From: Corallococcus sp. Z5C101001
GTDB lineage: Bacteria; Myxococcota; Myxococcia; Myxococcales; Myxococcaceae
Direction: 5' to 3'
Assembly (NCBI RefSeq): GCF_007352635.1
Contig: NZ_VKLU01000005.1
Coordinates: forward strand, 571,940-635,939
Length of the DNA: 64,000 bases
The position numbers and the translations under genes were made by a program. The notes beneath the pieces are model-generated. The model saw only the letters and a list, made by a program, of their open reading frames with translations, did no database searches and was not told the DNA's origin. Below are positions 27,904 through 38,175 of the stretch, one piece after another; the first letter of the stretch is position 1, and every line of letters starts with the position of its first letter.

Positions 27904-28452
27904 CTAGCCGGTGGTCTTCTCCACCTGCATGAAGTCGAGCTCCACGGGGGTCGCACGGCCGAAGATGCTGACGAGCACGCGGACGCGGCCCTTCTCCGGG
28001 TTGACCTCTTCCACGGTGCCGTTGAAGTTGGCGAACGGGCCGTCGATGACGCGCACCGTGTCGCTCGTCTCGAACTGGACCTTGGGCTTGGGCTTGTGCG
28101 CGCCCTCGGTGACCTGCGCCGTGAGACGCGCGACCTCCGCGTCCGACATGGGCCGGGGCTGCTCGTTCTGACCGACGCCCGGGAACCCGGTCACCTTGGA
28201 GGTGTTCTTCACCAGGTGCAGGGTGATGTCGCTGAGCTCCATCTGGACGAAGATGTAGCCCGGGAAGAGCTTGCGGCGGGTGGTCTTCTTCTCGCCGTTC
28301 ACCATCTCCACGACCTGCTCCATGGGGATGAGGATCTCACCGATCAAGTCCTGGTCCTGCAGGCCCTTGAGGCGCACCTGCTCTTCCAGGTTCTTCTTCG
28401 CCTGGTTCTCGTAGTTCGAGTAGGTCTGGACCGTGAACCATTTCTTCGCCAT
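27904..28452 (-). CDS. nusG: transcription termination/antitermination factor NusG
   Basis: ATG at 28452 gives MAKKWFTVQTYSNYENQAKKNLEEQ with a KOW C-terminus. The start overlaps the secE stop as TAATG. Confidence 0.93.
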   Translation of the reverse strand: MAKKWFTVQTYSNYENQAKKNLEEQVRLKGLQDQDLIGEILIPMEQVVEMVNGEKKTTRRKLFPGYIFVQMELSDITLHLVKNTSKVTGFPGVGQNEQPRPMSDAEVARLTAQVTEGAHKPKPKVQFETSDTVRVIDGPFANFNGTVEEVNPEKGRVRVLVSIFGRATPVELDFMQVEKTTG

Positions 28453-28895
28453 TACAGCTTCCCCCACAGGGCAGGCAGCCACTCCACCATCAAGTTGTAG
28501 GCGACGGTGTCGATGCAGAAGAGCAGAACGGCCGCCACGAGCGAGGCGACGACCACGGCCATGGTCGACGCGCGGGTCTCCGACCAGGAGGGCCAGGTGA
28601 CCTTCATCAGCTCGGACGCCACGTCGATGGACAGGGCGTGCGTACGGGGGTGGAAGTAGGACGCCAGCACGAGCCCCAGGGCCGCCACGTAGCCCACCAG
28701 GGTCGACACGCGCCAGCCAAGGCCCTCGAACAGTTCGACGTCGCTCCAGCCGAACCGGCTCCAGAGCAACCCGAAGACGTGCTCCAGGAAGAGGGCCAGG
28801 ACGATGCCGGCGACGAGATAGAAGATGACCACGAGCCGCTTGGGGTCGATACCCGAGCGGTTAGCCTGCTGGCTGGCCTCAGATGCCGTCGCCAT
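28452..28895 (-). CDS. secE: preprotein translocase subunit SecE (3-TM form)
   Basis: Three hydrophobic helices. Its position between tRNA-Trp and nusG is conserved. Confidence 0.85.
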   Translation of the reverse strand: MATASEASQQANRSGIDPKRLVVIFYLVAGIVLALFLEHVFGLLWSRFGWSDVELFEGLGWRVSTLVGYVAALGLVLASYFHPRTHALSIDVASELMKVTWPSWSETRASTMAVVVASLVAAVLLFCIDTVAYNLMVEWLPALWGKL

Positions 28896-28983
28896 GGTGC
28901 CTCACGAGGGACTGTGGAAGCTGGACTGCGAAAAGGCAGGGACCCCCGGCACCGCTCGGTACCGGGGGTCCCTGTACTGAAGC

Positions 28984-29059
28984 TGGCAGGCCAGGAGGGA
29001 TTCGAACCCCCAACACGCGGATTTGGAGACCGCTGCTCTACCGTTGGAGCTACTGGCCT
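28984..29059 (-). tRNA. trnW: tRNA-Trp (CCA)
   Basis: The minus-strand sequence reads AGGCCAGTAGCTCCAACGGTAGAGCAGCGGTCTCCAAATCCGCG...TTCGAATCC...CTGGCCTGCCA, a cloverleaf with anticodon loop CUCCAAA. Confidence 0.9.
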
Positions 29060-29081
29060 AAACCTTCATGGAACAGACGAC

Positions 29082-29246
29082 CTAGACCTTGCCTTCCTTG
29101 TGGTCCGTATGCTTGCGGCAACGAGGGCAGAACTTGCTCAGCTCAAGCTTGTCCTGGCTCTTCCGCTTGTTCTTCGTGGTCGTGTAGTTCCGCTCTTTGC
29201 ACGTCGTGCACTCGAGCGAGATGATGGAACGGTTACCCTTCGGCAT
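29082..29246 (-). CDS. rpmG: 50S ribosomal protein L33
   Basis: 54-aa ORF not in the track because it is short: [54 protein letters not shown] with a CxxC...CxxC zinc ribbon. Confidence 0.85.
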   Translation of the reverse strand: MPKGNRSIISLECTTCKERNYTTTKNKRKSQDKLELSKFCPRCRKHTDHKEGKV

Positions 29247-29340
29247 GGCTCATTTCACCAGATGCGAGAAGGGAAGGCTACAAAAGCAGCCCTCCCCTCC
29301 GCAACTCAGTGCCCGTAAAAGCTGGTCGGCGGGAAGCCGA

Positions 29341-30531
<1,191 letters not shown>

Positions 30532-30547
30532 GACACTCCTCGAAAAA

Positions 30548-30623
30548 TGGAGCCCTGAACCAGGATTGAACTGGTGACCTCATCCTTACCAAGGATGCGC
30601 TCTGCCAACTGAGCTATCAGGGC
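30548..30623 (-). tRNA. tRNA-Thr (GGT)
   Basis: The minus-strand sequence reads GCCCTGATAGCTCAGTTGGCAGAGCGCATCCTTGGTAAGGATG...TTCAATCC..., with anticodon loop UUGGUAA and an encoded CCA. Confidence 0.9.
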
Positions 30624-30644
30624 TTGGCGATGCACTACAACGGT

Positions 30645-30720
<76 letters not shown>

Positions 30721-30729
30721 ATTGCCGAG

Positions 30730-30813
30730 TGGAGGGAGATGGATTCGAACCATCGAAGGCGTAGAGCCGGCAGATTTACAGTCTGCTCCCTTTGGCCGCT
30801 TGGGTATCCCTCC
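30730..30813 (-). tRNA. tRNA-Tyr (GTA), long variable arm, CCA not encoded
   Basis: The minus-strand sequence reads GGAGGGATACCCAAGCGGCCAAAGGGAGCAGACTGTAAATCTGCCGGCTCTACGCCTTCGATGGTTCGAATCCATCTCCCTCCA, with anticodon loop CUGUAAA. Confidence 0.88.
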
Positions 30814-30891
30814 AGATATTCTCATGTGGTGCTGCGAACCGCTCTACCACGACTTCGCGTCTCGGGCCCTTCTCCGCGGCCCGTCCTACCT

Positions 30892-30964
30892 GGCCGGCGG
30901 CGGGATTTGAACCCGCGACCTACTGATTACAAATCAGTTGCTCTACCGACTGAGCTACACCGGC
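30892..30964 (-). tRNA. tRNA-Thr (TGT), CCA not encoded
   Basis: The minus-strand sequence reads GCCGGTGTAGCTCAGTCGGTAGAGCAACTGATTTGTAATCAGTAGGTCGCGGGTTCAAATCCCGCCGCCGGCC, with anticodon UGU. Confidence 0.85.
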
Positions 30965-30984
30965 ATCCATCCAGCAACTGCCCC

Positions 30985-31013
30985 GCCCTACTTCATCCCA
31001 GGCGGACCGTCAA
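30985..31013 (-). promoter_or_regulatory. candidate sigma70-type promoter for the tRNA-tuf operon
   Basis: On the minus strand TTGACG (31008-31013) is separated by a 17-nt spacer from TAGGGC (30985-30990), about 20 nt upstream of the first tRNA 5' end. This is a consensus match only. Confidence 0.3.
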
Positions 31014-31091
31014 CCTCTCGGCAGCGACTTGAGAGGCGCGACCTTTTAGAAGCCCCCACTCTCCAAGTCAAGGAGATTGATCCACGAAACA

Positions 31092-31889
31092 TCAGCGGGT
31101 TGGACGGCCCCTCTGGCGGGCGACCTCGTATAGCAGAATCGCGGCGGAAACCGACGCATTCAATGAACCGACCTGACCGCCCATGGGAATCCGGAGGCGG
31201 AAGTCGCAGTGCTTGAGGACCCCTTCCCTCACGCCCGCTCCCTCGGCGCCCACGACGAGCGCCAGGGGGCCGTCCAGCCGGGCGTTCCACAGCGGCTCGG
31301 AGCCCTCCACATCGGCTGCCGCCACCCAGACGCCCGCTTCCTTCAGTTCCTCGAGGGCGCGGGAGATGTTGGTGACGCGCGCGATGGGGCAGTACTCGAC
31401 GGCGCCCGCGGACGCCTTGGCCACGGTCCCCGTCACCTGGACCGCCCGATCCTTGGCGAGGACGACGCCATGGGCACCGAGCGCATGGGCCGAGCGGATG
31501 ATGGCGCCCAGGTTGTGCGGATCCTGGATGCCGTCGAGCACGACGACCAGCGGGGGCTGGGAGCGGGCCTTCGCCGCATCGAGCACGTCTTGCAGGTCGA
31601 CGTACTGGAAGCCCCGGAGCTCGGCGACGACGCCCTGGTGCACGCCGCCCTCCGCCATCGAGGTCAGCCGTTCGCGGCCGACCTTCTCCACCCGGACGCC
31701 GGCGTCACGCGCGCGGCTGAGCAGTTCGCCCGCTGCCTTGGCGCCCACCTGTCCGTCGACGATGAAGAGCCGCTCCACCGCGTCCGGATGGGCGCGAAGG
31801 GCTTCGAGCACGGGGTTGACACCATGGACATAGCGCGGGGCTTCATGGCCGCCGCGCTCGCCGCCGGACTTGGGGGAGCGCTCTCTCAT
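31092..31889 (-). CDS. rlmB: 23S rRNA 2'-O-ribose G2251 methyltransferase RlmB (SpoU/TrmH family)
   Basis: Carries the SpoU-family motifs (LVVVLDGIQDPHNLGAIIRSAHALGAHGVVL, VVGAEGAGVREGV, IPMGGQVGSLNASVSAAILLYE). Confidence 0.8.
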   Translation of the reverse strand: MRERSPKSGGERGGHEAPRYVHGVNPVLEALRAHPDAVERLFIVDGQVGAKAAGELLSRARDAGVRVEKVGRERLTSMAEGGVHQGVVAELRGFQYVDLQDVLDAAKARSQPPLVVVLDGIQDPHNLGAIIRSAHALGAHGVVLAKDRAVQVTGTVAKASAGAVEYCPIARVTNISRALEELKEAGVWVAAADVEGSEPLWNARLDGPLALVVGAEGAGVREGVLKHCDFRLRIPMGGQVGSLNASVSAAILLYEVARQRGRPTR

Positions 31890-31894
31890 GGGGG

Positions 31895-32341
31895 CTACTG
31901 GACCTCCACGGGCAGCGAGAAGACCTTCTTCTGACGGGCGCAGATCTTCTCCGTGCAGATGAAGAAGGTCAGCGTCGCGTCCAGCGAGCCCTTGCCGGCG
32001 GAAATAGCAGTGAAGGGGACCTCGAAGCGCGGATCCACGAACTGCTGGCCCGCGGCCTTCTTCGCCACCGACTGCTCGCGGGTCAGCGTCTTCTGCGCGG
32101 GCGTCAGCTGCTTGCCCGTCAGCTCCAGCTTCAGCGGAGCCTCGTCGGAGACGTGCGCCCCGGCCTTCGACTTGATGGCGAGCACGAAGGTGCCCTGCCC
32201 TCCCGCCTTCACCTGCGTCGACGTGCCCTCGGTGGTGACTTCGTAGAGGGTGGTGGGGTCCACGTCCTGGGCCAGCACCGGCGCGCTCACGAGCGTCAGC
32301 AGCAGGGGGGCCAGGGTCGGCAAGCGGCGGGGGTTCGGCAT
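31895..32341 (-). CDS. secreted hypothetical protein (possible DsbD-N-terminal-like thiol-disulfide domain)
   Basis: Signal peptide MPNPRRLPTLAPLLLTLVSAPVLAQ and a C-terminal FFICTEKIC Cys pair. The DsbD-N resemblance is tentative. Confidence 0.5.
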   Translation of the reverse strand: MPNPRRLPTLAPLLLTLVSAPVLAQDVDPTTLYEVTTEGTSTQVKAGGQGTFVLAIKSKAGAHVSDEAPLKLELTGKQLTPAQKTLTREQSVAKKAAGQQFVDPRFEVPFTAISAGKGSLDATLTFFICTEKICARQKKVFSLPVEVQ

Positions 32342-32406
32342 GGTCGTCTCCAGGAAGGCGGCGTTCGTATACCGGGGCTTCGCACGCGCGGGGAGCGCTT
32401 TCTCTT

Positions 32407-33381
32407 CTAACTCCGCGGCGCGTTCACCTTCACGGGGCCCTTGCGCCCTGGCTGTGGGGGCAGGGACTGGGGCGTCTCCAGCGCCGCGCTCCAGACGGGA
32501 GTGGCTCCTTCAACCAGGGCCTCCGCGCGCAGGATGATGGGGGTCGCCAGGTCCATGCCCGTCGCGGCCTCCATCTCCAGGAGCGCGGGCGAGCTGTTCA
32601 CCTCGAAGACCTTGGGATGGCCCTGGACATCCAGGATGTCCACCGCGGCCACCTCGAGGCCCACGAGGCGGGCCACCTTCTCCGCCGTGGCGCGGTGGCC
32701 CGGGGACAGCGCCAGGGCCTCCAGCCGAGCTCCCCGGTTCAGCGTGTGCGAGAGCCGGCCGGGGCGCGGCTTGCGCAGCACCGCGGCGATGGCTTCTCCG
32801 CCCACCACGAGGACGCGCACGTCCTGCCCGGTGCTCCGTACGTACTCCTGCATCACCAGGTTGTGGCCCAGGCCCAGCACAGCCTCCAGCGCGGCCTCCA
32901 GTGATTGGAGGCTCTCGCAGACCATCACGCCGTGCTTCTCCTGGCCCTGGAGCAGCTTCACCAGCACGGGGACTCCGCCCACGAGCCCCACCATTTCCTT
33001 GAGGTGGGCCGCGTCCCGGGCCATCACCGTGGCGGGGATGTCGATGCCATGGGCGGACAGGAGCTGGAGCGCGCGCATCTTGTTGCGCGACTGCGCGATG
33101 GCCTGGGCATGGTTCACCAGGGGCACGCGCGCCAGACCGAACTGGTTCACCACCGCGAGCCCGTAGGTGCTGATGGACAGGGCGATGCGCGGGATGACGA
33201 CGTCGGTGGGGGTGAGCTTCTTGCGGTCGTAGAGGAGCGTCGCCCGGCTGGCCCCGTCCAGATGCATCTGCACCCGGAGCGGGTTGAGCACACGCACCCG
33301 GTGTCCTCGCGCGCGACCTGCGTCGACGATCCGCCGCGTGGACGAGATGGAGGCGGAGCGCGAAAGGACTGTGATTTTCAT
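32407..33381 (-). CDS. RimK-family ATP-grasp alpha-L-glutamate ligase
   Basis: Begins MKITVLSRSASISSTRRIVDAGRARGHRVRVLNP and carries the ATP-grasp motifs VVKLLQGQEKHGVMVCES and VDILDVQGHPKVFEVNSSP. Confidence 0.8.
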   Translation of the reverse strand: MKITVLSRSASISSTRRIVDAGRARGHRVRVLNPLRVQMHLDGASRATLLYDRKKLTPTDVVIPRIALSISTYGLAVVNQFGLARVPLVNHAQAIAQSRNKMRALQLLSAHGIDIPATVMARDAAHLKEMVGLVGGVPVLVKLLQGQEKHGVMVCESLQSLEAALEAVLGLGHNLVMQEYVRSTGQDVRVLVVGGEAIAAVLRKPRPGRLSHTLNRGARLEALALSPGHRATAEKVARLVGLEVAAVDILDVQGHPKVFEVNSSPALLEMEAATGMDLATPIILRAEALVEGATPVWSAALETPQSLPPQPGRKGPVKVNAPRS

Positions 33382-33459
33382 GGCGGAGGCGACCGGCCCG
33401 GCGAGGTCCCTATAACCCTCGCCACCGCCCGGGTAAAGCCGCCTCCGCCCGCCTGCCGC

Positions 33460-34761
33460 CTAGAGCTGGCGGATGGCGCGCACTTCGACGCTGATCGGGG
33501 CCTCCGGACGCGACGACTCCAGCTTCGCGCAGGCGCTGCCCGTGAAGGTCACGCCCGTTTCGCCCAGCGACCAGGTGTCGGGCCCCGCGAGCGTCCGCTC
33601 GCCGTCGATGTAGACGACGATGAGCTTGTCGTTCGAGGGAATCTGGCTCGGCTCGAGCTTGATGAAGCAGGGCTCATCGCCCGTGATCTGCTCGCTGATC
33701 TTCTTCAGCGCGTTCGCCAACTCCTCGCGATTGCCCGCCTGGTAGAAGGAGCGACCGCAGAAACCCGTGTTGACGTCACAGGTGTCACCCGCGCCGCAGT
33801 CGATGCTGGCCTTGCACGCGCGCGCGAAGCCGCCCGCGAGCGCCATCTCGTTGAGAACGCTGGGACCATCACCCGCCGACGTCTCCGCGCCGAACCCGAT
33901 GACGATGGTCTTGATCCCACGGCCCTTCAGCGTCTCCACGGCCGTCACGGAGGCGTTCTTGTCGAGGCAACCCCGGCGGAAGTACGGGCTCGCCTGCGCC
34001 GAGCACTGGGACGAAGCCACCGTGCAGCGGCACTCGGGCTTGCTGCCGTCGTACTGGTTGTTGTCGTTGCAGTTCGGCAGACCGTCGGTCAGCAGGATGA
34101 TGATCTGATCGCGCTCATTCGGGTCGGTCGTCAGCAGCGAGCTCGTGAAGGTCAGGCTCCCGCTCGTCGGCGTACCGCCCTTGGGCTGGTTCGGGCCCGC
34201 GTTGGGAATGGCCTGCAGGATCGTGTTGAGCGCATTCGCGTGGGCCTGGAGATCGTCGTCCGAGTCCAGCGCCGTAGGGATGGCGACCCGGACGCTCTCC
34301 CCTGGGGCGGCGGCCGCACAGAGCTGCGCGGCGCTCGGCGTCGTCGCGGTGTTCGGCGCGGGATATGTCGTCAGGCCGAAGCGGACCAGCTTGCCGCTCT
34401 CCGCGAGGAAGGGGCCCATGGCGCCCTGGAGCTCCGACCAGCGCGTGGGACACACGGACGTGTCACAGGGGACGTCATCGCTGCAGATGTAGTCGCGGCC
34501 CAGCTCGTCCTTGCGGTGACAGACCTGGACGCCGTTCACGACCATGTCGGGGTTCACCGGCAACGTCATGGAGCCGGAGGTGTCCACCAGCAGCATGACG
34601 TCCGGCTTGCTCTTGCGAGCGGTGATCACCGTCTCCTTGGTCGTCTGAGCGATCGCGAGCGGATCCACCGGCTCGAAGTCATAGGTCTGACAGCCGGCCA
34701 TCATGGCACCACCGATGATGCCGGCCAGCAGTGCGCTCAGGGGGGTCGACTTGGCGCGCAT
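33460..34761 (-). CDS. von Willebrand factor A domain lipoprotein
   Basis: ATG at 34761 (GGAAGGA Shine-Dalgarno) gives MRAKSTPLSALLAGIIGGAMMAGC, a lipobox signal. A MIDAS motif (LLVDTSGSM ... TDGLPNC) is present and the C-terminus is Cys-rich. Confidence 0.75.
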   Translation of the reverse strand: MRAKSTPLSALLAGIIGGAMMAGCQTYDFEPVDPLAIAQTTKETVITARKSKPDVMLLVDTSGSMTLPVNPDMVVNGVQVCHRKDELGRDYICSDDVPCDTSVCPTRWSELQGAMGPFLAESGKLVRFGLTTYPAPNTATTPSAAQLCAAAAPGESVRVAIPTALDSDDDLQAHANALNTILQAIPNAGPNQPKGGTPTSGSLTFTSSLLTTDPNERDQIIILLTDGLPNCNDNNQYDGSKPECRCTVASSQCSAQASPYFRRGCLDKNASVTAVETLKGRGIKTIVIGFGAETSAGDGPSVLNEMALAGGFARACKASIDCGAGDTCDVNTGFCGRSFYQAGNREELANALKKISEQITGDEPCFIKLEPSQIPSNDKLIVVYIDGERTLAGPDTWSLGETGVTFTGSACAKLESSRPEAPISVEVRAIRQL

Positions 34762-34974
34762 AGGCTTGGGAGTTTCCTTCCAGGGGGGAACAACGAACCG
34801 CGAATGCCCCAGCGTAACGCGTGGGCGCCCACCGAGGCTACAGCCACGCGAGGCCGACGGCTCCCATTCGGGTAACGCTGCCAAGTTGCAACGACAGGGG
34901 ATCCCCGGGCGCAGCGCGTTTCCACTGTCGGACATCCTCCTCCCTCCGCGGGGTGGTGGATCCGCCAGGGGCCC

Positions 34975-35367
34975 TCACAGCGTGAGGACGCGAGCGCCGT
35001 CCGTCAGCCTCCAGATGGAGGCCAGGCCCATGACATCGTCCAGGGTGCCGTGCAGTTCCTGGGGTGACAGGCCACAGATGCGCACCGTGGTGTCGCAGGC
35101 CACGAGCTTCGCGCCCAGGGCGCGGGCCTCCTCGAGCATCCTCGCCGGAGTGGGGACGTTGAGCCCTTCGGCGCGGGCCGCCTCGGTGCGCTCGCGCTCG
35201 CTGTGCGCCAGTCCGAAGCCCCCCCGGACCAGTTGGCGCAGGGCCTCGAAGGCGAAGACGAAGTAGACATCATCCCCCATCGCGGCGGCGGTGATGCCCA
35301 TGGAGGCCGCCTGGTATGCGGGCTCGTACGTGGCGTGCTGGAGGAAGAAGAAGACGCGTCCGGCCAT
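34975..35367 (-). CDS. DsrE/DsrF-like family small protein (hypothetical)
   Basis: Only the C-terminal 130 aa of the 757-aa track ORF look like a real protein: MAGRVFFFLQHATYEPAYQAASMGITAAAMGDDVYFVFAFEAL...LVACDTTVRICGL. The ATG at 35365-35367 has upstream AAGG. The rest of that ORF is antisense to plus-strand genes. Confidence 0.5.
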   Translation of the reverse strand: MAGRVFFFLQHATYEPAYQAASMGITAAAMGDDVYFVFAFEALRQLVRGGFGLAHSERERTEAARAEGLNVPTPARMLEEARALGAKLVACDTTVRICGLSPQELHGTLDDVMGLASIWRLTDGARVLTL

Positions 35368-35511
35368 GGCTCCGACCTTAGCGTTATCGAGTCCGGACCG
35401 GCAGCCGTCGTATAACCGGGGCTCCCCTCCTCCACCGGGAGCCCCCGCATGCCGAGCCCGTCGTCCCGCCCCCGCGGTGTTCGTCCCTCGCCGGCCCCTT
35501 CCCGCTCCGCC

Positions 35512-36114
35512 ATGCCATGGGGGAGCGCCCTGGCGGCCCTCGCCGTGTTCGCCGGCACGGCCCCCGTTTCGGACGCGGCGCCGGTCCGTGCGAACGCCGC
35601 GATGGCCCGGCCCGCTGCGTCCGCGACGCCCCCCTCCGCCGTCCCCGGGGCGCTGCGCGCGGAAGCCCTGGGGTTGCTCGCCCTGCCGACCGTGGCCTCG
35701 GAGGCGGCGTGGCACAGGCTGGGGCCAGAGGTCGTGCCCGTGCTCGCGGCGCTCGCGGAGGACCCGAGCGTCTCCGACGCTCAGCGGATGCGGGCCGTGA
35801 CGGCGCTGGCTTGGGTGGAGTTCCCTCAAGCGGGACAGACGCTCCAGGCGATGCTGGAGGATCCGCACCGACCTTCCGACGTTCGCAGCCAGGCCGCCGC
35901 GGCCCTGGGCCAGTGCCTGGGCTTCGAGGCCGTGAAGACGCTGCGGGCCCGGCTGGAGGACCGCGACCTGCGGATCCGCGAGGCCGTGGCCCAGGCGCTC
36001 GGTCGGCTGGGGGGCCAGCAGGTGCGGGAGGTGCTGGAGGAGCGGCTTCCGCTCGAGGATGTGCCCCAGGTGCGAGAGGCCCTCCAACAGGGCCTTACGC
36101 TGGCCGAACCCTGA
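35512..36114 (+). CDS. secreted HEAT-repeat (PBS-lyase-like) protein
   Basis: ATG at 35512 gives MPWGSALAALAVFAGTAPVSDAAP, a signal peptide. Repeated xxVRxxAAxALGxLG helical-pair units follow. Confidence 0.65.
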   Translation: MPWGSALAALAVFAGTAPVSDAAPVRANAAMARPAASATPPSAVPGALRAEALGLLALPTVASEAAWHRLGPEVVPVLAALAEDPSVSDAQRMRAVTALAWVEFPQAGQTLQAMLEDPHRPSDVRSQAAAALGQCLGFEAVKTLRARLEDRDLRIREAVAQALGRLGGQQVREVLEERLPLEDVPQVREALQQGLTLAEP

Positions 36115-36177
36115 ACCTAGCCACGGCGGATGGCTCGGGGCTCGCGTCGGGCGGGGCCTTCCGTTAGATGGAGGGCC

Positions 36178-36873
36178 ATGCGCCCCACCGTTCTCCTCTT
36201 CGACATCGATGGCACCCTCGTCACCACGGGTGGCGCCGGACGCCGCGCCATGGGCCTCGCCTTCGAGCAGCTCCATCAACGGCGCGACGCGTGCGACGGC
36301 TTCAGCATGTCCGGCATGACGGACCGGGCCATCGTCCGCAAGGGCCTGGGGATCATCGGCGTGCCTGACTCCGAGGCGGCCATCAGCGCCGTCGTCGATG
36401 CGTACGTCGCCCACCTGGGCCTGGAGGTCCCCAAGGTGGATGCCCGGGAGTACCGGCTGCATCCGGGCATGCGCGAGGCCGTGACGGCGGCGCGCTCGCG
36501 GCCGGGGTTCGCGGTGGGGCTGGGCACCGGCAACGTGCGCGCGGGCGCCCGGGTGAAGCTGGAGCGCGTGAGCATCCACGACCAGTTCGCCTTCGGAGGC
36601 TTCGGGTGCGACTTCGAGGACCGCGTGGCCCTCATCCGGCACGGCGCGCAGGCCGGCGCGGCGCAGCTGGGCCAGCCCCTGGAGACGTGCCGGGTGGTCA
36701 TCATCGGTGACACGCCCAAGGACGTCGCGGCCGCCAAGGGCATTGGCGCTGAGACGATTGGCGTGGGCACGGGCAACTTCACGCCCCAGGCGCTGCTCGA
36801 CGCCGGCGCCGAGTGGGCCTTCGCGGACTTCTCCGTTCCCGAGGCCCTGGAGGCACTGCTCGTCGGACGGTGA
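36178..36873 (+). CDS. HAD-superfamily hydrolase (phosphoglycolate-phosphatase-like)
   Basis: ATG at 36178 follows GGAGGG. HAD motif I is LLFDIDGTLV and motif IV is VIIGDTPKDVAAAKGIG. Confidence 0.8.
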   Translation: MRPTVLLFDIDGTLVTTGGAGRRAMGLAFEQLHQRRDACDGFSMSGMTDRAIVRKGLGIIGVPDSEAAISAVVDAYVAHLGLEVPKVDAREYRLHPGMREAVTAARSRPGFAVGLGTGNVRAGARVKLERVSIHDQFAFGGFGCDFEDRVALIRHGAQAGAAQLGQPLETCRVVIIGDTPKDVAAAKGIGAETIGVGTGNFTPQALLDAGAEWAFADFSVPEALEALLVGR

Positions 36874-36915
36874 AGGTGTGGTATCTCCGCCGCCCCTCCG
36901 AGGAGTCGTCCACGC

Positions 36916-38130
36916 ATGTCGTCCACGCTCGAATCCTATGAGCTGATCCGCTTCGCCGAGGCCTTCGAGGCCCGACTCGCCACGGCGGAGGAGATGGTCG
37001 TCGGCAGGCCGGGGTTGGAGGCCGAGAAGCAGTGGTTGGCCTCCGCGCTGGAGCGCCTGCGCGAAGCCCGGGAGACGGCGGGCGGCCTGCTCGAACAGGT
37101 GAAGGACCTGCCCGAACTCGATGAGGCCCGCGAGGAGTTCTCCTTCGACCAGCAGGGCCGGTGGGTGGATGCCCTGGAGAAGCTGCACGCGGGCATCACC
37201 TTCACCGCCAGCAGCCGCGCCCCCGTCATCGAAGCCCTCTTCCCCCACCTCAAGTTCCCGCAGCTGCGCCGGGCTCCCGTGGAGCTCGTGAACGAATACG
37301 CCACGTCCTACGAGCGGCGATTCAAGAGCGCCTACGTGACCCGGATCTTCTCGCGCGATGACTTCGCGATGGTCCGCCCCGTCGTGGATCAGGTGGCCGC
37401 GACCTTCGCGGCCTGGACCGCGAGCCTGTCCCCGACCCCGCTGCCCCCGGATCAGGAGGCCGCCCTGCGCGAGGCGCTGGTGTCCCTGGGACGGCGCCTG
37501 GATGTGGCGCTGCGACAGGGGCGACTCCTCGCCGAGGCCGCGCTCGTCCCCGTGCCGGGCGTCTTCGAGGCCGCCGGGCTCACCCTCAAGCCTCGGAAGC
37601 GCGCGGGTCGCTCGCTCGCGCTCTCCGCCGAGGAAGGGGCTCCCGCCCTCTTCGGTGACGAGGGCGATGCCGCCCCGGACGACGATGCCTTCGACGGTCC
37701 TCAGGACGCGGATCCGTCCGAGGACGACGCGCAGGACGCGGATTCCGAAGCCACGGATGAAGCAGAGCCTCCCGCGGATGGAACCGCGAGCGCGGAGCTT
37801 CCTCCCTCGCCCCCAACCCGCAAGGGCCGGCGGAGTGCGGCGTCTCCAGACTCCGCGCTGGCCGGCGCTCCGGGGAATCCGTCACAGGAGGCCTTGGAGA
37901 CTCCAGGAAGCGAGGCCGAAGCTTCGGACGGCGAGAGGGAGATCGTCCCGCCTGAGCCCTCCTCTCCGCCCCGCCCCGCGCGGCGGGGCCGACCGCCGAA
38001 GAACGCGGCTCCTGCCCCCGAGGCCGCGCAGGCGGACGCCCCTTCGGAGCCCCCCGCGTCCGATGTCCTGGAGGCCATCCGCCCCCGGCGCCGCAAGAAG
38101 ACCGACCCGTCCGAGGCTGGCACGCCTTGA
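36916..38130 (+). CDS. hypothetical protein with conserved N-domain, acidic disordered tail and AT-hook (RRGRPPK)
   Basis: High GC3. The N-terminal ~220 aa are structured, followed by an Asp/Glu/Ala/Pro-rich tail containing a PARRGRPPKN AT-hook core. Confidence 0.6.
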   Translation: MSSTLESYELIRFAEAFEARLATAEEMVVGRPGLEAEKQWLASALERLREARETAGGLLEQVKDLPELDEAREEFSFDQQGRWVDALEKLHAGITFTASSRAPVIEALFPHLKFPQLRRAPVELVNEYATSYERRFKSAYVTRIFSRDDFAMVRPVVDQVAATFAAWTASLSPTPLPPDQEAALREALVSLGRRLDVALRQGRLLAEAALVPVPGVFEAAGLTLKPRKRAGRSLALSAEEGAPALFGDEGDAAPDDDAFDGPQDADPSEDDAQDADSEATDEAEPPADGTASAELPPSPPTRKGRRSAASPDSALAGAPGNPSQEALETPGSEAEASDGEREIVPPEPSSPPRPARRGRPPKNAAPAPEAAQADAPSEPPASDVLEAIRPRRRKKTDPSEAGTP

Positions 38131-38175
38131 GACCCGACGCGCGGTGAGTTGCCCGCCGTGAAGAGGAACCCGGAC

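Noticed and set aside
35368-37248. Upstream 627 aa of the 757-aa minus ORF 34975..37248
   Set aside because: Antisense to the HEAT-repeat, HAD and AT-hook protein genes, which have signal peptides, Shine-Dalgarnos and motifs. Only the last 130 aa (DsrE-like) look like a real protein.
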